Below are positions 23,701-35,700 of a stretch of DNA of 64,000 nt, piece by piece. The notes below the pieces were generated by a model. That model made no database searches. It was not told where the DNA came from and worked only from the letters and a program-made list of their open reading frames with translations. Numbering within the stretch: position 1 is the first letter of the stretch; the number at the start of each line of letters is the position of its first letter. The translations under genes were made by a program, and so were the position numbers. This stretch comes from Takakia lepidozioides (Eukaryota > Plantae > Bryophyta): positions 17,112,001-17,176,000 of the forward strand of contig CM060733.1 in NCBI GenBank assembly GCA_030704615.1, read 5' to 3'.

Positions 23701-26050
23701 ACAAATTCAATTTTCATGGATTGGGAGCTAAGTAATTGGTTTCTTTTTTGTATTTTTGTGAATGGCGTTGACGCCATTCACATACAGTGATGTTGTGAGG
23801 TCCTCAGTGATAGGTTCGTTATGAATGTGCATTGAGTTTTCCTGGATGGTTCCTTACTCAATTTTTTTATTTCCATCCTGTGATTTTGCTTCATTTCAGT
23901 AATAATTTTGGCTTCATTCTTGAATGTCGTTGACGACATTCACTTCTATGTCTGTGTCATTTCTAATCGCTATTTGCATTCACCTGGATTAGGATGTATT
24001 TACAGTGTCATGGAATGGAATGTTCTGAATGGCGTTGACGACATTCATATCTGGAGCAGTAGTGTGGTCCTGAAAGGTCCTTGGAGCAGTTGTCAGAGCC
24101 ATTTCAATCCATGTTTTATTCTTTCTGTTCTACTTGCATCTTACTCACTGAGCGCTTTTGTGGGTTGGGATTCATCTCCTTTTTTCAGGTACACGAAATA
24201 TGTGCTTATGGAAGGAAATCACCTGAGCGGAATTCCCGACTATCTTGACATGTGGTCGGACCCTGCAAACGATCCAACCATGTATACTGCAGGGATATTG
24301 AAGGACTGGAGTCCTTCTCACTTCAGAGACTGTGGGTGGTACCTTGACTGCCCACCTGAGCACACGACCTTTCAAGAACAGCATATGAAATACTTGAACA
24401 ATAACGCTGAGATGCTGGCGCCTTTGACTGACGAAGAGTATCAACGAAACATAGCAACCTTGGCTGCCAAGGAGCCTGATGCTCAGGGAACGCCGCAGAA
24501 GGGAAAGAAGGCGGGCCGCAAACCAAAAGACAAGGCTGTTGATGTCATAGCCATCTCACCAGCAAAGCCAAAGGACAAAGACAAGTCCAAAGAGAAGGAA
24601 AAGGACAAGGGGAAGGAGAATGAAAAGGAGATGGAGAGTGGGCAGGACTTTAGTGCTGGAAGATATACCCGCACTCTTCAGTGCGTGTTCGATGCCAAGC
24701 CACACCTTCCCGTTCTGATTCAGCAGGAGAGATGAAAATTGTTAGGGTTGGCTTTCGATGATGCAGAGTCGAAAGAGAGGATACACTGGGTGCCATCCCC
24801 TACCTGGGACAATATAATCTCATTCCTCAATCTGGTGAGAATTCCAGTTTCTTTCCTTTTTCTCTGAATGTTTCGTTGGCAGTATTTCAGTCTCGTTCTT
24901 TGAAAACATTCTTGCCATCGTTCTTATAAAAAAACATGTCTGTTGCAGGTGAGCACAGGTCCCACCTTCGTGTGCGGTGTGCAGAAAACTTATGCGGCCG
25001 ACATTGTCATTCTCGACATCCCGGATGGCCAGGCTGTGCCAGAAGTTCTTCCAAAGGGCAACGCCAGGGTGGAACAAATTCGAGGACAACTACTGGAGTT
25101 GGGTATTCGGGTTCTGTAACAATTTCCTCTCTGATGCAGGGACACTTCTGCTTTTTCAGTCATGTGACAATGATAGTCGTCGGGCATTGGCATCATACCT
25201 CAAGTCTTCAGGGTTTGAAGTTTTGCGCACATGGAATTGTGTGAACACCCTCTACCTTGTGAAAGGGGGTTTCCCTGGTCAGCTGTATGCCGTCTGCCTT
25301 CTGCTTGCTTTGATCATGAGTTTCAATTTTCTCTGCAGCTCCACTCTAGTAGAATGTTTTATGATCGACACCGATCATCAACGATTCATGGTTTTTTGGT
25401 GTCAGAGTTCTGAATAGCCGATGTACACACTTCCACTTTAGATTGTGTTTACCACACTAACCTGCTATCTTTGGCAGACGAGGATGTTCGAGGCGATCTG
25501 CCTGCGGAGGATTCGCACATCAAAGACACCATCCTCCATCCGCAGCTTTGAGATTTCTGACCAGGGTTGTTTCGTCAACCCCCCCTATGAGCCCCATGTC
25601 GATGACATTTTGTACAACTTCATGCAGTCCAGTCAGACTCTGAAGAGACCAGATGGCACTCCCTGGAGAGGTGCAAGGAAAAGTCACCAGCATTCATGCA
25701 AATACTGCTGGAGTCATGCAGCCACCGCTCTGCACGGGTGTCGATCTTTCTGTGTCCACAGGTTCGTTTTCTCCCTTCCGAATTGGTTTCCTTTCAACAG
25801 TTTCATCTGCTTAAATCCCCTCCTCCAAACTGTTTATGTTCTCCTGTCTGGTGCAGGAGCAACTTACCACGCATGCAAGGCAGGCGGAAGAAGCCTTTTT
25901 GGTATGGAGGGTGATTCTGACCTCTACAACACAGTGCTCCTCCCCCTTTTGTCTGGCTCCACTTCAGGCACACAGACTGATCGGATTCATATTCGAAATG
26001 ATGACGATCCCGAAGATAAGCAGGTCGACAACGACTTTTCATGTGAGTAA
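20770..26050 (+). pseudogene. Element B ParB/Srx-like domain - helical linker - beta-class DNA amino-methyltransferase fusion gene (~9 exons, frameshifted)
   Basis: IPLCRMISMPVVRP..DITKLESDFVHGY..FYVWDGNHRLLAW (ParB-like); ADIVILDIPDG; KSPAFMQILLESCS; DLSVSTG|ATYHACKAGGRSLFGMEGD. Approximate exons 20770-21057, 21502-22130, 22223-22415, 22500-22935, 23021-23247, 24189-24750, 24949-25284, 25478-25761, 25856-26050. Confidence 0.85.
23329..24047. repeat. Dispersed 22-bp palindrome TGAATG(T/G)CGTTGACG(A/C)CATTCA in the long intron of the B ParB-MTase gene
   Basis: About 6-7 copies (near 23329, 23450, 23653, 23760, 23921, 24026) at ~100-120 bp spacing; degenerate copies in intron 1 (21140-21460). 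Confidence 0.9.
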
Positions 26051-27069
26051 GTGCTAAACCCTCTTTGGGAGTCATACTCAATTTCTCGATAACATCAAAG
26101 TTACAGTAATAACTTTTTCAGGCTGTCTTTCAGGAAAGCCAGCGGTGGATCTTCAGGAGATACAGTCATTTCTGGCGAGTCTGTTTTCGACAGCCCCCTT
26201 TCCAATTTTCTGCTCCCTGTTTATGCCGAAGCAATGGCACTTCACGCGCCGAGTCCCTATCCCCTGACTTTTTAGTGGCCAGCCGTAGGTGTATCCAGCG
26301 TGGATCCGGTGTTCTAAAATACTTAGACTTAGATGCAGAGGAAGAGGGGATACATTGTACTGACTCTGAGTCAGACTGAACTGTATTCTTTTAATATTCA
26401 TTTTCATATTATCTGGAAACGTTGAATCCCCTTACTCTACCGTAGTTGTTCCTTTAGAACAAATAATAATCACAGAATCAACTTTCGTTTAAATTGCTAT
26501 ATGTATGAATCCATCTCACAAACCTTCCTGACTCTTCTCATATCCATTGTGCATTCATCTACACTGTATTCATGCGTGCTCCATTCATGAAAGCTTCCTT
26601 TGTACAACATCCATTGTACATTCATCCTCTGTACTCTTTAATCCACCCCACAAACCTTCCCACTCATTTCATATACTTTGTGCATTCGTCAAAAGATTTG
26701 GTCATGCATCTTCCTGTCATGAATTTTTGTCATTGCTCAACATCCATTATACATTCATCCATTTTACTCTTATCCATCCGTCATTCATCCATCTACATAG
26801 ATTTTTCAAACTCATCCATCTGTTTATCATCCAACTGTACATTCATCATCCATCATTTATTCAATGCCTTTTATTATGTCGTCCAGCTTGTTTCCGCGGT
26901 AAAGGGTGCCAATCCGCGGGAATACACTCCACTTCTTTCTGGGTGCGTGGTGACTCGGCCTCCACGTGTGATGACGTGGACTGAGACCCGTGACGTGGCA
27001 TTTGCGCAAGGTGACGTGGCGTGAGCGCAGTCGCGCTCACGTGACCAGGCTCACGCCGAGGCATCCCTG

Positions 27070-27390
27070 GAAAATGGCTAAGTCCCTGGACGGCAATAGG
27101 GCCTAGAACTGGAAAACGGCGCCGAATTTCCAGTTCCGGGCCAGCCACCCTAGGGACTTAGCCGAAAATGGCTAAGTCCCTGAACAGCAATAGGGCCTAC
27201 AACTGGAAAATGGAGCCGAATTTCCAGTTCAGGGCCAGCCACCCTAGGGACTTAGCCCGAAAATGGCTAAGTCCTGAACGGCAATAGGGCTTGGAACTGG
27301 AAAATGGCGCCGAATTTCCAGTTCCGGGCCAGCCAGTCTAGGGACTTAGCCATTTTCGGAGCCCTGACTGGAAATTCGGCGTCATTTTCC
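27070..27390 (-). repeat. ~90-bp tandem repeat, first part of the element C intron (target of element B insertion)
   Basis: Reverse complement of the 4644-5130 units; follows the exon ending MRLLYR|GTACAT at ~27470. Confidence 0.9.
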
Positions 27391-27469
27391 CTAACACCAC
27401 TTGAGGCCTCTAACATCCTGAAATGCAAGGACTTGAAAGAAAGGCAGCGCGTATGTACCTGTACAGAAG

Positions 27470-30048
27470 GCGCATTGATGCTTTGTCCGCGTTCGGCTGG
27501 TCGGTGAACTGGCTCCTCCGCGAGCATCTGCTATCTCCTGAAAGAATAGGTTGGTTTTGTAGAGCAGAAAGTACCTCGTCACATAGTCACGTAGGCTCTC
27601 TGCTGCAGGAGATATCTCCATCTTGAACTGATGTGCTTGTGTGTCCAGCTGCTCTTGCGCATTTCGTCGTCACCTGTGGGAGATTCTCCATCAGATCGCT
27701 TTCCTGAAAAAAATACAATGAATCCACCCCCTACTAGAGTAGAAGCCCCAAACGAAGCGTGGGGAAGTACCTGAAACCACCATGTCATGCGGTTCATCCA
27801 CATGTCGAATGTGGGGTCAGAGAGTTTGTCCGGTTTGGGGAAGCTCCACATGTCCCTGGTACTTTGGGAACCATTCCAGATTTGGAGCCACCGGGTCTGT
27901 CCAACCACCCAATATTCGTAAGCGCCAAACACCACAAAAAGGAGTTGTTGCCACCACAATTTGGTTAAGAATGTATCACCTTTTCTGTTGCATCCACACA
28001 GGATGTGGCTAGACGATGGAGCTTCTCCCAATGTCATCGTGGGCTTCAGAGCGCGAGAGTAGTGCTTCCCCACCTCCACCATAAAGTCGGCACAAGGGCG
28101 GGATCAGCTATGGCCACGTACTTTACCATCCGCGACTTGTACTTTATGCGGGCCCTCACCTCCGCAGCTTTGACATACGATTTGAGTTCCGGGAGGGTTG
28201 GATTCTTCTCCTCTGACTCCATGTAGAACCTCTGTGCATGTGCCAAATCCTGCTGTATTTTCGTCTGTCAAGAATGCGCACATAAGATTAGAGATCCTGC
28301 TCAACACAATTTCTTCTATTGGGGAGGAGAGACAGATTAGCTCAACAAAACTGTCAGGAGCTTTACCGAAATAATGTAGTCCACCATGGCGTCGACGCTC
28401 AGCCTATACGGTCTGTCTGCCTTTGCCTCCGACTTGCGCAGAAGGTCGGCACTGAGGGAATTGGCAAACTCTTGCACCCCCTGCTTCCCCGACATCCTTC
28501 ACTCGGAAGAGCATATGGGACAAGTTGTGGCAATGAAGGCATTCTCAGTCACCCTGGCCACATTTTCCATCAAACAATACTGAAATGGGAATTTTCCATC
28601 ATATATGAGGATTCGCAATGAAATGACTTCCAAATTCAAAGTCCAAAAGCGAGAGGGGTTGTAGCTTACGAGTTGATGTCGGCCATTGCAGCTTTGAGAA
28701 GACTGCGATCTTTGGGCCCCGCAACCTTCAGCACAACACAATCCACGGCGAAATGCCAATCGAGGTCGTTGGGGGTGGGCTTGGGCAATGTGCTCCATCC
28801 ATGCCAGGAGGCGATGATTGTCGTCCCACACGTAGAACATCTTACCGGACAAGTGCTGGAAAAGAGGATCAGCAATCGATCTCTCGAACTCCTCATTTCG
28901 CGTTTGCCAATGGGGACCCCATTTGTCCACCTCATCGGAAGTGTAGGCACGGGAAGCTCCGTGGTCGTTCTCAATGGAAACGTAAAACGCGGCAGACCCC
29001 ATTCGATATCCATCCCGGAAAGAGAATTTCAGCTTGTCGATATCGCCTGGGAGGGCAGGTCTCACCACCTGCAATGACACCAAGCGGCAAAGGGGAATTC
29101 GAAGCTTGGCCGGGTACACATGCCCCCCAGCACCCTGCCAATGTTGCTGTGGTTGCCTCCAACATCTTGGCAGCGGCCAACTTCATATCCGCCTCAGACA
29201 TGACGTCTGCTGCAGAGGGGTTTTTCCGCAGCCAGCAGACCGCCAAATCCAGCCTGTATGCTCCGGGTTGGGGCCTGGGGATGTTCGGGAGGATGTCATC
29301 CTGGTCAGAAAGCTCCCTATCGTCCTCCTCAACAGGGTCAGCCACCTGCGAAACACCTCCAGCACTCTCCCCCGTCTCTACTGCCTCTCCCCTGGCTTCA
29401 CCTCGAACTTGCACAATCCGTGCTCTTTCAGGTGTCTTTCCCTCTCCTCCTCCACTCTCACCCATATGGGTAATTGCGGGGCTGCTCTTCCCCGTGATGG
29501 TCTAACCGGTGTGTTACTGCCTCTCTGTGGTGTCTTGGAGGGATCCACCGTCTCTTTGCTGTCCCTCGCTTACATTGGCATCTGTCATTTGGGCACCCTG
29601 GCCTCTTTCAGCTGCATTTTCTCTTTTCCTCCTGGCTAACTTCACGGGCTTTCTGTTTTCTTACACTAGGGCTAGCAGCAGGGGAGCCCTCCAGGACGAC
29701 CACCTTTGATTGAGGCGAACTGACACCCTCGCGCGCACTGCTCACTCCCCCCTCCGCAGCCCGTGACGGCTCTCTCGCCGGGGATTGCATGTGCTTAGCT
29801 TTCTTCTTTTTCTTTGCGTGGGCGGGCCCTACTGCATGTGCATGAACAACCTCCATTGCCGGATCTGCTGTCCTCATGTCCTCACGCCCTTTACCTGCCA
29901 TGCCGCCTGCACCAACCTCCCCAATGCCTATTCTGTCGTACTCTCGTTGCAAGTCCTCCCGTCCACCAACAAAAGGTTTAAGTTTGCCCTCTCGCCCCAA
30001 GTTGGGCGATTCAAACATGCGATGAGTTGGAGCTGTCGATGATACCAC
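27470..30048 (-). pseudogene. N-terminal half (ParB-like domain + linker) of element C ParB-MTase gene
   Basis: LRIPLCRLVSLQVVRPALPGDIDKLKFSFRDGY..FYVWDDNHRLLAW; WLQIWNGSQSTRD..WMNRMTWWFQ. Intron positions match B; frameshifts present. Confidence 0.85.
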
Positions 30049-30819
30049 CAGCGTGCCGGGCTCGTCGTCACTCTGTCATTGACAAAAATCGTGAAAACCA
30101 ACATCGGTGCAAAAACCAGCATCGCAACGAGCAGCGCAACCACCATAGCAACAATCGTGTAGCAAAAATGAAGACATAACAAGTTTAGGAAGTATGGAGA
30201 GCCATGCAACAACAATGAAAACAAATGCAACCATTGCCTGAGAATGACATGCACAAGCAGCCTTCTCCAGAGCTGCCGGATTTGCACACACATTGCAAAC
30301 AATCTAAGGTTCACTCAACTATCTAAAGTTCACTCATCCAGCAAAGCCAGGATGAAGATGCAAAAACAAAGCGAGGTAACAAAGCGAAAGCAAAAAATAA
30401 ATCGAACAAACCGAAAGCAGAAGTGGCTTGCCTGAGAGTACTCGGCTTCAGTTGGCGCGGGTTGTGAGCAAGACACTGGAATCTCCTGCTGGAGCTTCAG
30501 TTTGGCCATGCGAGAGATTGGCCGTCGTCCGTAGTACAGAGCTTTCAACTTCCGCCGCGGTCTGGATGTGAGGTCTCTCTCAAGAGAGCCACGCCCTTCA
30601 GGCGGCATAAGTCCCACCCAAAAAGATCTCCTTTTTTGGGGTACATGCCTCGAATAGCATGTGAAGCCAAGATTAGCATGAGATTTAGGGTACGTGTCCA
30701 GGAAGCCACTCGTCGCCAGCCCGAATGATAACCGACGGCGGTCGACATTTATTGCCCAACTGCGCAATTAAATGTCGGATGAAGCCCTCCATGTCGGATG
30801 AAAATCGACGTAAACAGGC

Positions 30820-32520
30820 CCGGAATTTCCAACGTAGAGGTAATTCGGAGCGCTGCACGATGGAATTCCGGCGCCGGATTTCCATCCTGCAGGTAATTCG
30901 GAGCGCAGCATGATGGAAATTCAGCGCCGAATTTCCATCCAGCAAGGTAGGGCGGCGCTGGAAATTTCCCTCACGCAGGTAATTCAGAAGCGCGGATGGA
31001 AATCCGGCGCCGGATTTCCATCCGCGCAGGTAGGGCGGCGCGCCAAATTTCCCTCACGCAGGTAATTCGGAAGCGCGCGGATGGAAATCCGGCGCCGAAT
31101 TTCCATCCGCGCAGGTAGGGCGGCGCGCCAAATTTCCCTCACGCAGGTAATTCGGAAGCGCGCGGATGGAAATCCGGCGCCGGATTTCCATCCGCGCAGG
31201 TAGGGCGGCACGCCAAATTTCCCTCACGCAGGTATTTCAGAAGCGGATGGATGGAAATCCGGCGACGGATTTCCATCCGCAAGGTTCGGCGGAGAGCGGA
31301 TGGCTGGAGATCCGGCGCCGAATTTCCATCCGGCATGTAATTCGAATCCGGATGAATGGAAATTCGGCGCCGAATTTTCATCCAGCAGGTAAGTGGAATC
31401 CCGGATGGATGGAGATCCGGCGCCGAATTTCCATCCAACAGGTAAGTGGAATCCCGGATGGATGGAAATTCGGCGCCGTATTTCCATCCCGCAGGTAAGT
31501 GGAATCCCGGATGGATGGAAATTCGGCGCAGCATTTCCATCCTGCAAGATATTCCCAGATGAGAATTACCTTCCTGCAGGTAATTCTCATCTGGGAATTA
31601 CCTTCGTGCAGGTAATTGTGAGCGAGGAAGTACCTTCCTGCCTTCATCGATAGGAATTACCTGCAGGAAGGTAATTCTGAGATGAGAATTACCTGCAGGA
31701 AGGTAATTCTGAGCGATGAAATACCTGGCGAATGGAAATTCGGCGCCGAATATCCATACGCCAGCGATCCGACTTACCTGCTGGATGGAAATTCGGCGCC
31801 GGATTTCGATCCATCCGGGATTCCACTTACCTGCTGGATGGAAATTCGGCGCCGAATTTCCATCCGGGGGATGGTCTCTGTCGGAGAGGTGCCGGCGTCT
31901 CCGCCGCTTTGTGGGATATTCGGTGCCGAATTTCCGTCCGGCGGTTGAAATATGACGGCCAGGTGTTGACCTCTCCCCCCTCCCCGACTGCAGGTAATTC
32001 GAACCCGGATTGAAATTCGGCGCCGTTTTCCCATCTGGGGAGGTTTTTATGTCGGCCAATTTTCGGTCTGACCCCCCGACAAGACTTCCTTTGGGGGGGC
32101 CCGGATGGAAATTCGGCGCCGAATCTCCATCCAGGGGATGCTCTCTGTCGAACACGTGCCGACCTCTACGCCCGAGGCGACTTCATCCGGGCGTCCCCTG
32201 TTCGATATTCGGTGCTGAATTTCCGTCTGGGGGTTGAAATGTGACGGCCAAGTGTCGGCCTCTCCCCCCTCCCCGACTGCATCCGAACCGCCCCGGATGG
32301 AAATTCGGCGCCGTTTTTCCATCTGGGGATGTTTTCATGCCGGCCAATTTTCGGCCTGACCCCCCGTTACGACTTCCTTTGGGGGGCCCGGATGGAAATT
32401 CGGCGCCGAATCTCCATCCAGGGGATATTCTCTGTCGCACACGCGCCGGCCTCTGCGCCCGAGGCGACTTCATCCGGGCTTCCCCTGTTGGATATTGGGT
32501 GCCGAATTTCTATTCGGGGG
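30820..32520. repeat. Tandem array of the 30-bp perfect palindrome GGATGGAAATTCGGCGCCGAATTTCCATCC between the two divergent genes of element C
   Basis: More than 20 copies in ~60-bp units with sub-arrays in both orientations and a higher-order ~300-bp duplication at the right end. Confidence 0.95.
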
Positions 32521-32739
32521 TAGTAATGTGACGGCACGGTGCCGGCTTCTCCCCTTCAGCCGTCATCATCCGGACGGCCCCCCACTTTCTGACTGCATAC
32601 CGTTGGCAGTTATTGCGCAAAGAGCAGGGGCCACATTCCGGAGACAAGTCGGCATCGCATTCATTCCCATCGCTGCATCCCCCTTTTACCAGGGAGCTTC
32701 CCCGCACGCCATCCTGGCAGTCTTGTGTGCACATCTCCC

Positions 32740-35700
32740 ATGGCGGAAAACCCGAGCGCTACAGTGTACTGCCCTCCTCACGAGCATAGAGCTTCATTTC
32801 CGTGCAGAGGGGACACCTGCCGGGTGATGAAGAAATATCTGTGCGTTCGATACCACCTGAAACCGGGGTCGGTTTTTTTGGAGGAGGAAAGGAAGGACTC
32901 TAACGGTCTTGTTGTCGAGAGTATTGTTGTGCTCCACGATGATTTCGGCGATGGCAGGGAATGGCGAGTTCCACCATCGGACAGCGTCATATACAGGGCT
33001 GTTGGGGACTTCATTTGCCCGCCAAATGCACCTTCTATCCTGGCGCCTTCCACGAAACAATCCGCGAATCAGAGAGTGGCTACCTCAAAGAGAGAAGTCC
33101 GCAACGAAGTAAATCCAGAGCCGAACCCATCCATGAAGACGAGCGAGAACCGGGTTGTTCACAACCTGTCCGACTCAGACGAGGTCATGGAAGTTCCGAG
33201 GTCGTCCTGGAGATCAGGCAAGTCCTCAATGGACGTCAGTGGAGGAGGGAGTCATATTCCCAGCACGAGCACCGCAGTTCGATCTATTCTTGAAATTCTG
33301 CGAGGGCTTCACCTGGAGGGACACCGGTCGGAGCTGGCCGGGCTGGACTACAGCAAGTTCGCAATTAAATTGGTTACATGCCTTCCCGCCGACGTCGACG
33401 GTAATATCTTCTTTGAGTTCCCTCCTCGGGCGGACTACTCGAGCGTCCGGAATGTTGACAGATATGGATAGAAAACATGACGGTCATCCTTGGTGCGTTA
33501 CCAAAACCACCAGCATGAAGATGCTCGATGGTGTGCGGGTGCGCTACGTTGTTTGTGCGGGCGCGTTGCGGTGTTTCTCCCCAACTTGCTTCCACTTTAA
33601 ATCCAGAGGTCACAGGAACGAGACCGATTGGACAGGCACAGCTCACCAACCATTTCGAGCTCAGGAGAAGGTTCCGAACTCCACATTTAAGTGTGCGCAT
33701 TGCAAAGAACCACCACACTGCATGTCTATTTGTAATGCCAATCAGTTCTATGTGTTGCACCGTTTCCCTGACCTCACCCGAGCTTGCATACACGTTGGTT
33801 CCCATTGTCACAAATTGGCGAGGGGGAACTCGCGGAAGGCTGCCCACGAAGCAGAGCAGCTCGTTCAGGAGGAGGTTAAGTTGAGACCGGGTGCCAAACC
33901 CAAACAGATACAGCTCCAAGCCGCCCATAAGATGGCATTGGCCAGAATTATGTCGGAAGACGGCTCCGATAGAGTTCCTCTCGACGAGAAGGAAATGGAG
34001 GCATTGCTGGAGTCGGTGTCCCACGTATGTTCACCGAATGTCCGAAACCACATTGTCTCATGCAAACAGAAAATTGGGCGTGGCTCGGATATGCACTCCA
34101 TTCTAGAGGTGAAGCGACGATGTGGATATGACTACATTCATGGAAGTAGGTTTCCAGGACAAGGGACTGAGGCAGATCGTTGTTTCGTATTCAAAATGTC
34201 CACGTGTGGACCTGGCAGCGGCGTCGAACTGGTCGACAGGATGACGAGTGGGAACTTGTCAAACAGTTGGGTCATGTTCGACCATATCAAGCGAATTACA
34301 AATCACCAGTGGGTGACAATGGGTGCACATGTCTACGACACCCACTGCAGGATGCTAATGAGAATTGCTATTTGTGAGATGAAAGGAGAGGACACACAAT
34401 CGGAGATGCTTCTTTGGCAGGGAATAAACGAACAGATGGCCAAGGCGGGATTGCCCCCTCCGAATTTCCGTGGTTTCATGGCGGACAACGCACAAGCAAA
34501 TTGGGCTGCCATCCGAAGGGTGTACGGGCAAGACCCCAATGTTCCCATGGAAGGCAAGGAGAGATCTTGTGGGTTCCATTTTCTGCAGAGCCTTTCGCAG
34601 TACACAACCAGGCTCGTGGCGCCAGATTTCAGAGAGGAGCACCGTTCCATGTGCCTTGCGTGGAAGCGCGCTCCCACCTTGGATGATGCAGAGACACAGT
34701 TTGCATGCATACGGGCTTGGTGGACATCGTCAGGTGCTGTAAGGAAATCAGACGAGGGAGCAATGGTCAGTTGGCTAGGATGGTGGCATTATCGTTTCCT
34801 CCAGTTCGGCGACTATATGCGGGAGGTGAGTTGCACGAATTTGCGTCCCGTTGAATATTATTCTTGGCCATATTTTGTAACTTGCTTGTAACCTGAACAT
34901 GTGCTTGTGCAGGAAATGTGTCTCAACTCCGACACCGACATGCCCACGACAAACATGGCCGAATCAGTGCACTCTTCCCGGCGTGCCTCCTCTGCGGCGC
35001 ATCTGGTGGACATCCTCACTGCCACAACGGAGGACATTGTGAGGTCAATTATGCAGCAATGCAGGTACAACGAGTTCTTGAAAGGGAAACAGTGGGGCTT
35101 GGGGCCGGACAGGCAGGAAATGCTGATGCGGACTGCCTCTAGATCGAAGAATCCTCGGAAGTAGGCGGCGGCCTTGCGAGAGGGCCTTCGGGACACGCCA
35201 TTGCTGCGAAGAGGCCAACATTTGGAAGGAGATGTTCATACCGTCCAGTGAGACGAAGACTTGACGAGGCACCTGGCGGAGAAGAGGATTCATGGCGAGC
35301 TGACAAGAATATTTGCACGCTCCCTCGTGGTCCGGTGATGTTGCCCGAGGAGGTCTCATCGAGCACCGCAAGTCCTGCACGTTCAAGATCGCCATCTCCT
35401 TTGAGCACAGGGCGCCTGCCCCGGCAACATAACGAGCCATCTGTAGTAAAGCAGTACAACATTCCCATTGTGGAGACAAGAGTGTCGGAGTCACAGTGGA
35501 GAATTGCGAGGACATTGCCGGCATTTTGAGGGAAGTGCTGCGCCATCCGGGTGGATACGAGAGCACGTTGTGGTGAGATGATTCGGAAGAACCCACACGG
35601 TGCTGTACTTGCACCTTGTTTCAGCGGCAGATTTTTGACTCCCACATTTGCTCATGCCACAACGCAGACATTTTGGTTCTGTAGGCACGACATAATGACC

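Larger units (their letters stand above)
15802..27069. mobile_element. Element B: structurally complete 11.3-kb Mutator-like element with transposase and ParB-methyltransferase genes
   Basis: 9-bp TSD GAAAATGGC at 15793-15801 and 27070-27078; removing the element restores the 90-bp repeat unit. Imperfect TIRs CAACGACGCAATGGCGTGAGC..CACGTGAGCGCG and CAGGGATGCCTCGGCGTGAGC..CACGTGAGCGCG, TGACGTGGC-rich subtermini, and two divergent genes. Confidence 0.92.

Noticed and set aside
25575-25590. NPPY in element B as the true catalytic motif IV
   Set aside because: Not conserved in C (DAAV) or D (DDRT) and lies in the variable region, not after the hydrophobic strand where DIPD sits.
20770-26050. Bacterial/phage contamination or recent HGT as the source of the ParB-MTase
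   Set aside because: The gene has many GT-AG introns at positions shared by three copies and sits inside TSD-bounded elements inserted in plant genes.
26480-26875. His-rich ORFs near the B right end
   Set aside because: They arise from TCATCCAT low-complexity sequence; no homologue in C or D.
4644-27390. The inverted 90-bp arrays at 4644 and 27070 as long TIRs of one 23-kb element
   Set aside because: They are two parts of one intron separated by element B and an inversion; no TSD flanks them.
30984-32531. Many overlapping ORFs with MEIRRRISI / WKFGAEF repeats
   Set aside because: They are translations of the palindromic DNA array on both strands. The same holds for ORFs at 3491-3832, 4895-5260 and 52038-52614.
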